Positions 8,982 through 17,845 of a DNA stretch of 32,284 nucleotides are shown here, one piece after another. Made by a program: the position numbers and the translations under genes. This DNA comes from a virus. Lineage: Duplodnaviria > Caudoviricetes. The notes under the pieces were generated by a model. The model worked only from the letters and a program-made list of their open reading frames with translations. It searched no databases and had not been told where the DNA came from. The stretch lies in IMG/VR virus record IMGVR_UViG_3300031820_000012, positions 1 to 32,284 of that record. The stretch is one strand, 5' to 3'. Positions within the stretch are counted from its first letter, which is position 1. Every line of letters starts with the position of its first letter.

Positions 8982-10117
8982 ATATTATCTTCCCAGCCTT
9001 GGATGAAAACTACACCGCCTGTACTCGCCCACTGGATTGAAGCCGCTTCTAACACCACTGAAGAAGGAACAGTCATATCTGCGTTGGCAGCAGCAGCTTG
9101 CAAATTGAAATTCGGCGCGTTTGTTGTAGAGCCTGAACCTCCATAATTGGCGTTGGCTGCTACTATAATCGAAGCTGCGCTTGCAACTTGCACGTTTAAG
9201 AAAAGACAGCTAGCGGTCGTAGGTGCAAAATTCGTAGTTGCCAATGAAACAAAAGTTGGTGTCGCAGGAGTACCAGCCGTGCCGGTCGCAATAATCGGCA
9301 ATGCAGCCGTGTTTGTCGCCGTCGTGACCACGTATTGGGCGCGCCGACCTTTTTGCAAAATGCGCAAAAAATTATGCGAGCCATCCGTGCGGAATGCACC
9401 CAGTCGCGAAAATTGCGTGAACCCGCTCGGCAGCGTTGGTGACGTAAAACTAAGTGAAATCAATCCAGCGGTCGTCAGCGTCGTCGGATTGTAAATGACA
9501 TAAACAGCATACCATGACGAATTCGCAATCGACCCGGTATCGAGACCATTCGCACCAGATGTAGCGGAACTGATCGTGACGTTGACTGTCAATAACGTCG
9601 TAAAATTCGCCGACCCATCAGAAACAGCAACAGAATCGGCAGTCAACGTGATTTGTGTATTCGGCGTGCCACCATTCTGAATAACGAGATTTTTAAAAGC
9701 GGATTGAACAGCGCCAGCCGTTGCAGCGGATGAACCGGGGTTGAGAACGACCCACCCGCCGGCACTGGAATTCAAAGCTTGATTGAAAACGACGTAATAA
9801 GTATTGCCGATCAGAAAATCATTTGCACCAATGAGCGCCGCACCATTCGCCTTGTAGACGTTCAATGCCGCGAGACCGCCGACCTGCAACGTAACCGGGC
9901 TCGTCGTCGTGTTGGCAACAGCTTGAAAACCAAAAACAGGGGCGTTGTTCGTATACGCCGAGATCGTGGGAAAATTGGCAAGCGGCGTTAATGTAACCGC
10001 GTTAGTGCCAGTAGCAGTGCAAGGAATCGTCAAACCTGCGCCGACCGCAGCGAAATTGGAATCCAGATTTGGCGTATCCAATTCCGTGGCGTTGGCAAAA
10101 ATAAAGGGAAGGCTCAT
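8978..10117 (-). CDS. Tail fibre / receptor-binding protein
   Basis: N-terminal anchor-like LDSNFAAV; Thr/Ser/Gly-rich; GANGLDTGSIANSSWYAVYVI...PTLPSGFTQFSRLGAFRTD motif common in phage fibres; follows the nozzle gene. Confidence 0.75.
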   Translation of the reverse strand: MSLPFIFANATELDTPNLDSNFAAVGAGLTIPCTATGTNAVTLTPLANFPTISAYTNNAPVFGFQAVANTTTSPVTLQVGGLAALNVYKANGAALIGANDFLIGNTYYVVFNQALNSSAGGWVVLNPGSSAATAGAVQSAFKNLVIQNGGTPNTQITLTADSVAVSDGSANFTTLLTVNVTISSATSGANGLDTGSIANSSWYAVYVIYNPTTLTTAGLISLSFTSPTLPSGFTQFSRLGAFRTDGSHNFLRILQKGRRAQYVVTTATNTAALPIIATGTAGTPATPTFVSLATTNFAPTTASCLFLNVQVASAASIIVAANANYGGSGSTTNAPNFNLQAAAANADMTVPSSVVLEAASIQWASTGGVVFIQGWEDNI

Positions 10118-10118
10118 G

Positions 10119-11930
10119 CTAACCCCTGTATTGCACGATTTCTTCTTGCATCATCAGAGACCAGAGATCGAGACTGGGTTCTGTCGTCTGCAAAGTGATG
10201 CCGGTAACCGCGCCGACCTCCGCCACTTCCTGTCCGCCGAACGCGTAGACACCGCCAAGAACAGATTTCGTCAAAATCGTCGTGCCAGAAGCGTTCTTGA
10301 CCGGGATGATTTTCTTCGATGCGTTCTTGACAACAATCGTATTCAGCGGCGATGTATACGAGATAAAATTCGACGTCTGATCGGTATCGATGCTGACCTG
10401 AAACGTGATCGGCGACGTCTTTTGAAAATTGAGCAAGGCCCAGAGGCGCGAAGGCGCTTTCTCGAACTGATAGCCGCCGGGCTCCGCCCAAAATTTCGTC
10501 TGAACAGCCTTCATAAAACTCGCAGACGGCGTCTGAAACAAGGGATAGACGTTCAATCCGTCTGTTCCATAAGCAGTCAACACCGAGTTGATTTCTTGGT
10601 GCTGGATATAAAGCAGGCTGATGCTTTGCGGAGACGACCACCAAATCTTGCCGTTCCAAATCAGCAATTTGTTGCCGGTCGCATTGGTTACGGGATCGAC
10701 GATCGGCAGCAAGAGCATCCAAATCTTCTTGCCGAAAAGAATATGCTTGGCCGAACTCGGGAGAAACCCGGCAAAACCGGGCACGGTCTGATAAACGCCA
10801 TCAAGCGGCTCGCTAATTTTGGTAACAGCAGCACCATAGCTCACATGCGCGCCGAACGGGTTGGCGAACACGATGTTGCGCGACCACGTGTCGATCGCAA
10901 GCGGCCAATTCGTGCCGACCTCGGGATCGGCGTTCTGATTTGTAAACGTTGTGCTCGGCGGCGAGCCCGCCGTCTGCACACCACTGATATAATTGATCGA
11001 GGAATCGCCAATGAGATACAGAAACCCGTTCGTCTGCAACAATTTGGTGTAGCCTACACGTAAGAAGCTGTCGACGGACACCGTTTGACCGCCACCTGAT
11101 GACGTCGAGAAATTCGTGATCGATCCCGGCGCAGAAAATGTCAACAACGCGCCATTAATGATCCACACACGACCCGCGAACGTCTCGACATCGGTGCCAT
11201 TGATGCCGAACGGCATCAATGTGACGGTTGCTGCAGCACCAGACCCTGTCGAGTCCGAGAAATTGACGGTCAACGTGTCCGTCGCGAGATAGCCCGAGCC
11301 GGGATTGACGACTGTGATTTTCGTGATCAAACCGCCGGAAACCGTCGCCGCCAGCGAAATGCCGCTACCGGAACCGCCGGACACGGTGACGATCGGATTA
11401 CTATAGTTGCTGCCGGGATTCGTGATGACGACTTGCGGCGAGATCCCGCCCGCGGTGTAGATGTTCGTACCATCCCAGAGCCAATAGCCGTTGGTCTGGT
11501 TAGCGACGATGATCACATATTGAGAGCCCCACTGCGACATACCCACATTGGTCTGCGCCGGGTTTTTGATCGTCGTGATCGGCAGCATTTGAGTTTGAAC
11601 TTTAGTAGTCGTATTGACTTGCCAAACGCTGCCATCATTGAGGAACGACACCATGATCGGCGCCGCACCAATGTTAGCAAAATCAAAAAACGAAATTTGC
11701 GCGCCGGTAGGCGACGTCCACAATTTCGTTCCGATGTCTGGCATCACCCGCAAAAGCTTGGGTCCGAGCGGCATCCAACCGTCGCACCAGAAGAGTTGCT
11801 TGGGATCGACACCGTAGCGCGACGTCGATGTATTGATGCCCATGAACTCTTCGCAAATGATCGGCGGAGGACCCGGCGGGAGATATGTATTTCCCTGCTC
11901 TTCCGTTGCGGGCTTCGGTTTGATCGTCAT
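10119..11930 (-). CDS. Tail nozzle / tail tubular protein B-like (P22 gp10-type position)
   Basis: 603 aa, beta-rich; FMGINT N-terminal motif, ETFAGRVWI..LLTFSAPG propeller-like motif; follows the adaptor genes. Confidence 0.7.
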   Translation of the reverse strand: MTIKPKPATEEQGNTYLPPGPPPIICEEFMGINTSTSRYGVDPKQLFWCDGWMPLGPKLLRVMPDIGTKLWTSPTGAQISFFDFANIGAAPIMVSFLNDGSVWQVNTTTKVQTQMLPITTIKNPAQTNVGMSQWGSQYVIIVANQTNGYWLWDGTNIYTAGGISPQVVITNPGSNYSNPIVTVSGGSGSGISLAATVSGGLITKITVVNPGSGYLATDTLTVNFSDSTGSGAAATVTLMPFGINGTDVETFAGRVWIINGALLTFSAPGSITNFSTSSGGGQTVSVDSFLRVGYTKLLQTNGFLYLIGDSSINYISGVQTAGSPPSTTFTNQNADPEVGTNWPLAIDTWSRNIVFANPFGAHVSYGAAVTKISEPLDGVYQTVPGFAGFLPSSAKHILFGKKIWMLLLPIVDPVTNATGNKLLIWNGKIWWSSPQSISLLYIQHQEINSVLTAYGTDGLNVYPLFQTPSASFMKAVQTKFWAEPGGYQFEKAPSRLWALLNFQKTSPITFQVSIDTDQTSNFISYTSPLNTIVVKNASKKIIPVKNASGTTILTKSVLGGVYAFGGQEVAEVGAVTGITLQTTEPSLDLWSLMMQEEIVQYRG

Positions 11931-12856
11931 CAGAATCTCCCGTAGGGATTCACGACGCGACCGCGACGCGCAGCAACGGAATAAGTCAACGTCTGCTCTT
12001 TGAACAACTCAAGATACATCTTCGCAATATTGAAATTCTGAATTTCGAGATACGCGAGATGCGCGGCGAAGTATGGAACCGCATCGGTCCATGGTCCCGG
12101 CAACGCTTCGACATCTTGATCAGTCGTAAGATCAGCGGGCGTGCACAGACAATCAAGCTCGTACTGATAGGTTTGCGACGGCAATGGATAGACGTAGAAC
12201 GATCCCGCCGTGCCCTGTCCGAACTGCGACGCGAATGTCGGGACATATTGATACTGAAATGGATATTGCCGGATGTACGCCTGATAGATCGAGAACGCGT
12301 AGACCGGCAGCGAGTAGCGATAGTTCGAGTAGATGATGCTGATCGACTGAACGCGATAAACTTGCCCTGCGCCGGGCAGCGTCGACAGGTTAATACCCGA
12401 GAACGGATACACTTCCTGCCCTTGATTGAGCACGTTGATCGCTTGCGTCTGCGGTGTTGCAATCGCGCCCGTGCCAGTAGGATCAGTGATGATCAACTGA
12501 GGCTGGAAATAACCAAAACCGCCGTTCTGATTGGCAACATTCGTCAAGACGCCGCCTTGAAACGTCGCTTGCACCGTCGCTTGAAGTCCATTAGGAAACG
12601 GCAACGCACCGGGCGGAAAATCAGGACCGGAAACGGCGACAACGGGTGCATTGGAATAGCCGTGCCCGCCGTTCGTCACCGTCCAATTCGTGATCGCGCC
12701 GGCAATCGGCGTCAAAAAACGAATACAATCAGTCTTCAGCGCGATCTCGCGCCGCGCCCGATTGATGTACGAGTTGATATCTTCCTCTGCCAAATCCTGA
12801 AAGCGCTTGTCACTGAGAAAGCGCCGGACTTGACGAGAATATTCGAAGAGAGCCAT
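11930..12856 (-). CDS. Head-tail adaptor / tail tubular protein A-like, paralog 2 (with inserted beta domain)
   Basis: Start reassigned to ATG 12856 (MALFEYSRQVRRFL). YINRARREIA helix, YPLPSQTYQYELD, LPGPWTDAVPYFAAHLAYL are typical adaptor motifs. Confidence 0.7.
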   Translation of the reverse strand: MALFEYSRQVRRFLSDKRFQDLAEEDINSYINRARREIALKTDCIRFLTPIAGAITNWTVTNGGHGYSNAPVVAVSGPDFPPGALPFPNGLQATVQATFQGGVLTNVANQNGGFGYFQPQLIITDPTGTGAIATPQTQAINVLNQGQEVYPFSGINLSTLPGAGQVYRVQSISIIYSNYRYSLPVYAFSIYQAYIRQYPFQYQYVPTFASQFGQGTAGSFYVYPLPSQTYQYELDCLCTPADLTTDQDVEALPGPWTDAVPYFAAHLAYLEIQNFNIAKMYLELFKEQTLTYSVAARRGRVVNPYGRF

Positions 12857-12858
12857 CG

Positions 12859-13644
12859 CTATGCTCCCGCCGCTTTGGCTTGCGCGCCGAATTTCGCGGC
12901 TTGCGACATGTCGCTGGCCTGCTCGAACAACGTGCGCGCCACAGATGAATTCGTCGCTTTGCGAGCCCGCTCCACGAACGTCTCGTAATGTCCAAAATAG
13001 CGTTCGGCATCGGCCAAGCGCGCGTTGGTTTGCGCTGATAACAACGCGTAGTAAGCGGCGAAGAACGGCACGGCGTCCGTGAACAGATATGGGATTGCTT
13101 CGATGTCGGTATCCACCGCGAGCGCTTGCGGATAGCAAACGCAATCCACGCTCAACGTGTATTGGATGTCGGGAATAGGATCGATAAGCAGGCTGCCGGA
13201 CAAAACCGCAGTGCCCGCACCAATGCCGGTAATCGAGCCCGTGCCGGACCCACCTTGTCCGAACTGAGCCCAGCGAACGGGAGGACCCACTTGCGGATTA
13301 GGGCTGTTCAGGTGGTAATGATCGAACCATTCCCATGATCGTACGAACAAGAACTTGAGGCCGGGACCGACGCCGATCTGCTGCCCAACACGCCGCACAT
13401 TCAACGTGCCCTGAATGCCGGTTTGGGCAGGACTGCCGCCGAATTGAATAGCGGAAAAAGGATAGGAGCGCGTGCCGGGCACCGTCAAAAGCGTGCCGAT
13501 TGCGCGGATCGTCTCGGTCTCGCCGGCAAGCTGTCCGCGAGCGGTGTTGATCCACGAGTCGAGATCAGACGTCGCGTAAAGCGCTTTCGTAGCCGCCGGA
13601 TTTTGCAGGAGGCGCTGAGTTTGAGTTTCGTAGTACGTCAGCAC
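12859..13644 (-). CDS. Head-tail adaptor / tail tubular protein A-like, paralog 1
   Basis: AGGAGG RBS plus GTG. WINTARGQLA, DPIPDIQYTLSVD, IPYLFTDAVPFFAAYYALL; clearly homologous to 11930..12856. Confidence 0.7.
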   Translation of the reverse strand: MLTYYETQTQRLLQNPAATKALYATSDLDSWINTARGQLAGETETIRAIGTLLTVPGTRSYPFSAIQFGGSPAQTGIQGTLNVRRVGQQIGVGPGLKFLFVRSWEWFDHYHLNSPNPQVGPPVRWAQFGQGGSGTGSITGIGAGTAVLSGSLLIDPIPDIQYTLSVDCVCYPQALAVDTDIEAIPYLFTDAVPFFAAYYALLSAQTNARLADAERYFGHYETFVERARKATNSSVARTLFEQASDMSQAAKFGAQAKAAGA

Positions 13645-13662
13645 GGCAGGTACCTCCTGCCG

Positions 13663-13905
13663 TTAAACCCGCCGCAGCACAGGGTTGTTCGGCGTGGACA
13701 ACTCAGCATCGAACACGTGCAAGGTCAGCGTCCCATCCAAGCCTTTCGTAAGAAAAGACGTGCCAGAACGCATGGCCTGAACCCGAGACCCTTGCTCGAT
13801 CTTCGAATCCGGTATCGAGATCGTCTTCGTCGATCCCGCCGCCGAATTCGCATTGTGAGTGGCCGTAACCACTTGCGAACTGCTGCGTGTGTAGGTTTCG
13901 GGCAT
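13663..13905 (-). CDS. Hypothetical small virion-operon protein
   Basis: ATG 13905 with GAGAG RBS, 80 aa, fills the gap between structural genes. Confidence 0.65.
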   Translation of the reverse strand: MPETYTRSSSQVVTATHNANSAAGSTKTISIPDSKIEQGSRVQAMRSGTSFLTKGLDGTLTLHVFDAELSTPNNPVLRRV

Positions 13906-13917
13906 CAACTACTCTCG

Positions 13918-15105
13918 TTACGGCGCCGGCTGGAACAACGCGATGTCGTTCGTGCCACCCATCATCAAGCCAACGGTGGCGAGAGTGAACGTCGAGCCCG
14001 TACCACCAGCGCCCGAGATCGGGAATGCCGCAGTCGGGGCCGACAAAAACAACCCACCGTCATAGATCGTACCGACAGTCGCCGCCGACACCGACGTGTT
14101 CCCCGGCGTGATCGCAATCTGCGCTTGGCGCGGACGGAACGCGAGACCAAGGAACTCGGGCGAGTTCGTGATCGTGCCGGCAGATGCGCCGCCACCTGTC
14201 GTCATGACAGGAGAAAGCGCCGTGCCATAACCCGTGCCAGGGCCGGTAACAGTAGCCGTCAAAACGGTCTGCATGATGAGTGCAGCAACCGATGCGGTCG
14301 CACCAGCACCCGTCACCGAGAGCGTAATCGATGACAACGAACCATTGACCAGCGGAGCACCCGAGTTGGTGCAGAGAACGCCGGTCAACGAGCCCGCTCC
14401 GGTCAGCGAGAACGCCACAGACGCTTGGGTGATGCCCGTTGCAATGTTCGGGTCGGTCGGATTCGGCAGAACAACCGGGGTCGGCGCAGAGGGATAACCA
14501 GCGCCGGGGTTGTTGAAAGTCACGCCGGACACGGTGCCCGTTCGCATGCCGAGCCACGCGGTCGCCGGGATGCCGCCAACGCCGTTTGCGTTGTTGGCTG
14601 CGGGCGGAGGCGACGGGATGAACAGCATCGGAGGCACACCGTAGCCGGCGCCCTGAGTAGGAACCGCCACAGTGAACGTGCCGGACACCGACAGCTGCCC
14701 ACCGATGATCGGCAAGAACGTAGCAGTCGAGCCCGTGACAGCGATGGCAGTCGACGCCTGAACGTACGATCCGTTGCCGTACGACGTGACGACAGCGCCG
14801 ACGAGGCAACCCGTGCGGTTGGCGATGCGAACGTTGAAGCCGTCAGACTTGACGTATTGAACGGCACCGTTCCAAGCAGTAGCCGGTGCAAACTGCCAAA
14901 CCCCGGTGATAGGATCGAGAAATTCGAGGACCAAATACGATCCGAGGTTCACGTACCAATTGCCGGCCGGGATCGGCAACTCTTGGCCGGGCGCGAGCGC
15001 CTGCTTGTTGCTCGAAAAATCGTACGGCGAGTTTCCCAGTTCGCTGGGATAAAGGTTCTGCGGCAACGGCAAACCAACGCCGGGACCTGAAAGCGGAGTG
15101 GGCAT
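13918..15105 (-). CDS. Gly/Thr/Ser/Pro-rich structural protein (capsid decoration / head-fibre-like)
   Basis: Directly after the capsid gene, AGGAG RBS, repeated GxGY beta motifs (GAGYGVPP, NPGAGYPSAP, GPGTGYGT). Confidence 0.6.
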   Translation of the reverse strand: MPTPLSGPGVGLPLPQNLYPSELGNSPYDFSSNKQALAPGQELPIPAGNWYVNLGSYLVLEFLDPITGVWQFAPATAWNGAVQYVKSDGFNVRIANRTGCLVGAVVTSYGNGSYVQASTAIAVTGSTATFLPIIGGQLSVSGTFTVAVPTQGAGYGVPPMLFIPSPPPAANNANGVGGIPATAWLGMRTGTVSGVTFNNPGAGYPSAPTPVVLPNPTDPNIATGITQASVAFSLTGAGSLTGVLCTNSGAPLVNGSLSSITLSVTGAGATASVAALIMQTVLTATVTGPGTGYGTALSPVMTTGGGASAGTITNSPEFLGLAFRPRQAQIAITPGNTSVSAATVGTIYDGGLFLSAPTAAFPISGAGGTGSTFTLATVGLMMGGTNDIALFQPAP

Positions 15106-15137
15106 ACTACGTGCTCCTGATTAAAATGCCGCGCCGA

Positions 15138-16184
15138 TTAGAATGAAGCTCCAAGCAGGTTGTAACCCCAGAAGCCGGACGACGACTTAGCGCTGATGAG
15201 GTCGTAACCGACCACGACAACACCCTGTTGTCCGATCTGCCCGAGGGGCACGAGCGAATAGAAGCCGCTGAAATCGAATGCAGCGTCTTCACTGAGGTAC
15301 ATCGACGTGTACTTGACGTTGACGCCGAACACGTTGCCCTTCGGACAGAAATGATCGGCGAAAATCGGAACGCCTGAAATCACCATGTTCGGGAAGCTCG
15401 ACCGAACCTGGGTGTTCATGTTGTCGACGTAGGACGCGCCGGGATTGACGAACTGCGTTTCAATCGCCTGGAACGTGTTGTTGAGGGTCGCGTAATCGCC
15501 CGGCGCCATGACAACGAACGTCGGCGCTTCGCCACCGGCCTGATCGGTGACGAACGCGAGCAAATTCGCCATCGACTGCCGGGTAAAGCCGGCGGTGCCG
15601 AGTGAGAACGTGCCCGAGTTCAGGTTGATGTACTGACCCTGGAACGCAGAGTTGCCCGGCGCAAGGCGATTGATGCCGCCATAGGTCGGGAAATTCGTTC
15701 CGTTGTCGAAAGCGGACTGGAACGAATCCGGCAGCACCGGATTTGACGAGTTGTTGGTGAACAACAGCCGCGCCATATTCTGGCGAGTAACGGCGTACAC
15801 GTCGTTCATGCGCGCTTTGAGCAGCGAGATCTCGCGATCGGTCGCTTGAATAACGGTTTCGCCGAAAGGCAATGGAACCGGCACAACCCAATAGGCAAGG
15901 TTGAATTGGCCGTTTTGAATCCCCGGCGTAATAACGGGGGAATTGAAGCCGCCACCATAATTGGTGAACTGCCCTTGAACCATCGACTGTCCCTGCATCG
16001 GGATCGTCACTTGGTTCAGACCGCCAGCGGCACGCTGCGCGTTGCCGGTCATGTAGAACAGCGTGGGCGAGCCGAAATAAATTTGCACGAACAGGCGCGG
16101 GACGAAAGCGCGGCGAGTGACTGACGACAACTCCGTATAAAGAGCGCCAGCGGCGGGGGCAACGCCAATACCGGGAAGCGGCAA
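15138..16184 (-). CDS. Major capsid protein
   Basis: 348 aa after a scaffold-like gene; AGGAGG RBS plus TTG start; TYGGINR motif, PTFVVM..DY..L, ISGVPIFADHFCP..NVFGVN are HK97-fold capsid patterns. Confidence 0.85.
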   Translation of the reverse strand: MPLPGIGVAPAAGALYTELSSVTRRAFVPRLFVQIYFGSPTLFYMTGNAQRAAGGLNQVTIPMQGQSMVQGQFTNYGGGFNSPVITPGIQNGQFNLAYWVVPVPLPFGETVIQATDREISLLKARMNDVYAVTRQNMARLLFTNNSSNPVLPDSFQSAFDNGTNFPTYGGINRLAPGNSAFQGQYINLNSGTFSLGTAGFTRQSMANLLAFVTDQAGGEAPTFVVMAPGDYATLNNTFQAIETQFVNPGASYVDNMNTQVRSSFPNMVISGVPIFADHFCPKGNVFGVNVKYTSMYLSEDAAFDFSGFYSLVPLGQIGQQGVVVVGYDLISAKSSSGFWGYNLLGASF

Positions 16185-16196
16185 TGTAACCTCCTA

Positions 16197-16227
16197 CTAT
16201 TGTGCGACCACTTTGGTCGTCACATAG
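16197..16227 (-). promoter_or_regulatory. Stem-loop immediately 5' of the capsid RBS
   Basis: Minus strand CTATGTGACGACCA-AAG-TGGTCGCACAATAG: 13 bp with two single bulges, ending 1 nt before AGGAGG. Confidence 0.6.
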
Positions 16228-16246
16228 CGCGACTGGCGCGCGTTAA

Positions 16247-16843
16247 TTACGCAGCGCGTTGGCCGCGCACGTCCATCAATGCATCCCGCACCATCTTGTC
16301 GACGAGCGGCATGTTTTCGCCTTTGGAATCGATGAGTTTCTTGAGATCCTCTTCGTTTCCTTCGGCCGGCAAATCCATGAAATTCCAGGCGCCCGAGCCC
16401 GAGTTGTTGAGCGGCACAGCAGGCGGGTTGTCGCGAAGCCAAACAGCCGCGGCATCACGGGGATCGAGGATGCCTTTTTCCTCCATCACCTTCTTGATGC
16501 CGTCGATGCCGGCTTGCGTCCACTTTTCCTTCTTGAGCGCGGCCCACGCGGCATCCTGCATCGCCTGAACAGAAGCAAGCTTCGCGTTGTTCGCGCGATC
16601 CTCGCGCTCTTTCTCGACGTCGGTCTTCAACGCGGCGATTTGATCGTGCAGCGGCTTCAACAGCTGCTCGCGAGCGGTCTCGGCGTCGAGTTCAGGAGTA
16701 GCGACGTTGGGATCGATCACCTTCTGGGCCTTTTGGACCAGAAGCTTTGCTTGCGGGTTGCTCAAGAGCTTTGCAACGGTCGTCCGCAACTGTTGATTCT
16801 GAAGAAATTCGTGTTCAGAAATCTCGACCTTTTTATCGACCAC
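16247..16843 (-). CDS. Capsid scaffolding protein (putative)
   Basis: 198 aa, charged coiled-coil, directly upstream of the capsid gene. Confidence 0.65.
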   Translation of the reverse strand: MVDKKVEISEHEFLQNQQLRTTVAKLLSNPQAKLLVQKAQKVIDPNVATPELDAETAREQLLKPLHDQIAALKTDVEKEREDRANNAKLASVQAMQDAAWAALKKEKWTQAGIDGIKKVMEEKGILDPRDAAAVWLRDNPPAVPLNNSGSGAWNFMDLPAEGNEEDLKKLIDSKGENMPLVDKMVRDALMDVRGQRAA

Positions 16844-16854
16844 GACAAAAATCC

Positions 16855-17040
16855 TTATTTACCCGGCGTGCTGCCGGCGTTACCGACGTGCGACAAAGTC
16901 ATCGCACCCGACTTTTCCTGCTTCGGCAGATGTGACTTGCGTCCGCCGATGTCGATCTGCTCCATACCAACGCGAACGATCTGCTCGTCGCTGGTGGGAA
17001 CGGACTTCGTCGAGTTCTGAAAAATGTTGAGATTGGACAT
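16855..17040 (-). CDS. Small hypothetical protein
   Basis: GGAGG RBS plus ATG, 61 aa; apparent paralog of 17050..17247. Confidence 0.7.
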   Translation of the reverse strand: MSNLNIFQNSTKSVPTSDEQIVRVGMEQIDIGGRKSHLPKQEKSGAMTLSHVGNAGSTPGK

Positions 17041-17049
17041 TGCGTCCTC

Positions 17050-17247
17050 CTAGTAATGTTTGCCGCGGTTGACGGGGGTCAAGTTCTGAACACCCATCGA
17101 CGGATTGGAGCGCAGACCGGGAAGACGCGCGTCGCGACTTTCAAGCTGTGTGAAAGGAGGGCGCGTCTGATCGAACATAAGCTGGTGCTCAAGTTCGTTC
17201 GTCGGGAGATTCCCGGTGTTGCACTTGAAAAGAGTGTCGCGAGTCAT
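17050..17247 (-). CDS. Small hypothetical protein
   Basis: ATGA coupling to the upstream gene, 65 aa. Confidence 0.65.
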   Translation of the reverse strand: MTRDTLFKCNTGNLPTNELEHQLMFDQTRPPFTQLESRDARLPGLRSNPSMGVQNLTPVNRGKHY

Positions 17248-17639
17248 GCTGCTCTCGCGGGCGGTTGACCAGCGCCGGGTTGCTGCTGTTGCGACTGGCG
17301 CAACGCTTGCATTTGCTGGTTGTTCTGTGCGTTCTTCTCCATCTGACTCTGCAGCTGGTTTCTCTCGCCAGCCGGCGTAACAGAGCCCGACGGGACGAAC
17401 TTCGTCAGCTTGCGCAACGCATCGATAACGGCGACGCCAGCATCAGAAGTGGGGCCAAGCAGTGGGACGAGTTCGCCCAGCTGCTTGACGACCAACCCCA
17501 AACGTTGAAGGCCCGCCGCTTCGTAGCCTCTGTTGGGAGTCCCCTGCGTGACAGGAGACGAGCCCATGGGAGGCTGCTGTCCGGGGACGCCGGACGGCGG
17601 TTGGCCAGGAGAAACGCCGGATGGGGTCATTTCAGGCAC
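17244..17639 (-). CDS. Pro/Gln-rich hypothetical head-region protein
   Basis: Start reassigned to GTG 17639 (AGAGG RBS), 131 aa, disordered termini and a central helical hairpin. Confidence 0.7.
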   Translation of the reverse strand: MPEMTPSGVSPGQPPSGVPGQQPPMGSSPVTQGTPNRGYEAAGLQRLGLVVKQLGELVPLLGPTSDAGVAVIDALRKLTKFVPSGSVTPAGERNQLQSQMEKNAQNNQQMQALRQSQQQQPGAGQPPARAA

Positions 17640-17656
17640 GGAGTTGCCTCTATGCC

Positions 17657-17698
17657 TTACTTGCGCCGGCTGCGCCGGCCGCGACGATATCGCACCAT
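17657..17698 (-). CDS. Arg-rich micropeptide MVRYRRGRRSRRK
   Basis: GAGGTG RBS 5 nt before ATG; 13 codons plus TAA; first ORF after the predicted promoter and followed by the RBS of the next gene. Confidence 0.6.
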   Translation of the reverse strand: MVRYRRGRRSRRK

Positions 17699-17756
17699 GG
17701 TTGCACCTCTCGGTTAGAGAACGAGGGAGAAGGTACTGACGACCTCTACCTCTCCA

Positions 17757-17806
17757 ATAGTACATAAAAATCAAAGGCTTGCAATAAGGGCATAACGTTG
17801 TATATT
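17757..17806. promoter_or_regulatory. Divergent sigma70-type promoters sharing a palindromic -35, with overlapping IHF-consensus site
   Basis: TTGCAA at 17779-17784. Plus strand: N16 then TATATT (17801-17806). Minus strand: N16 then TACTAT (17762-17757). AATCAA-AGGC-TTG (17769-17781) matches WATCAANNNNTTR. Confidence 0.55.
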
Positions 17807-17845
17807 AGCTTGTATCAGCATGTGCTTCTTGCTAAAGTGATTTTC

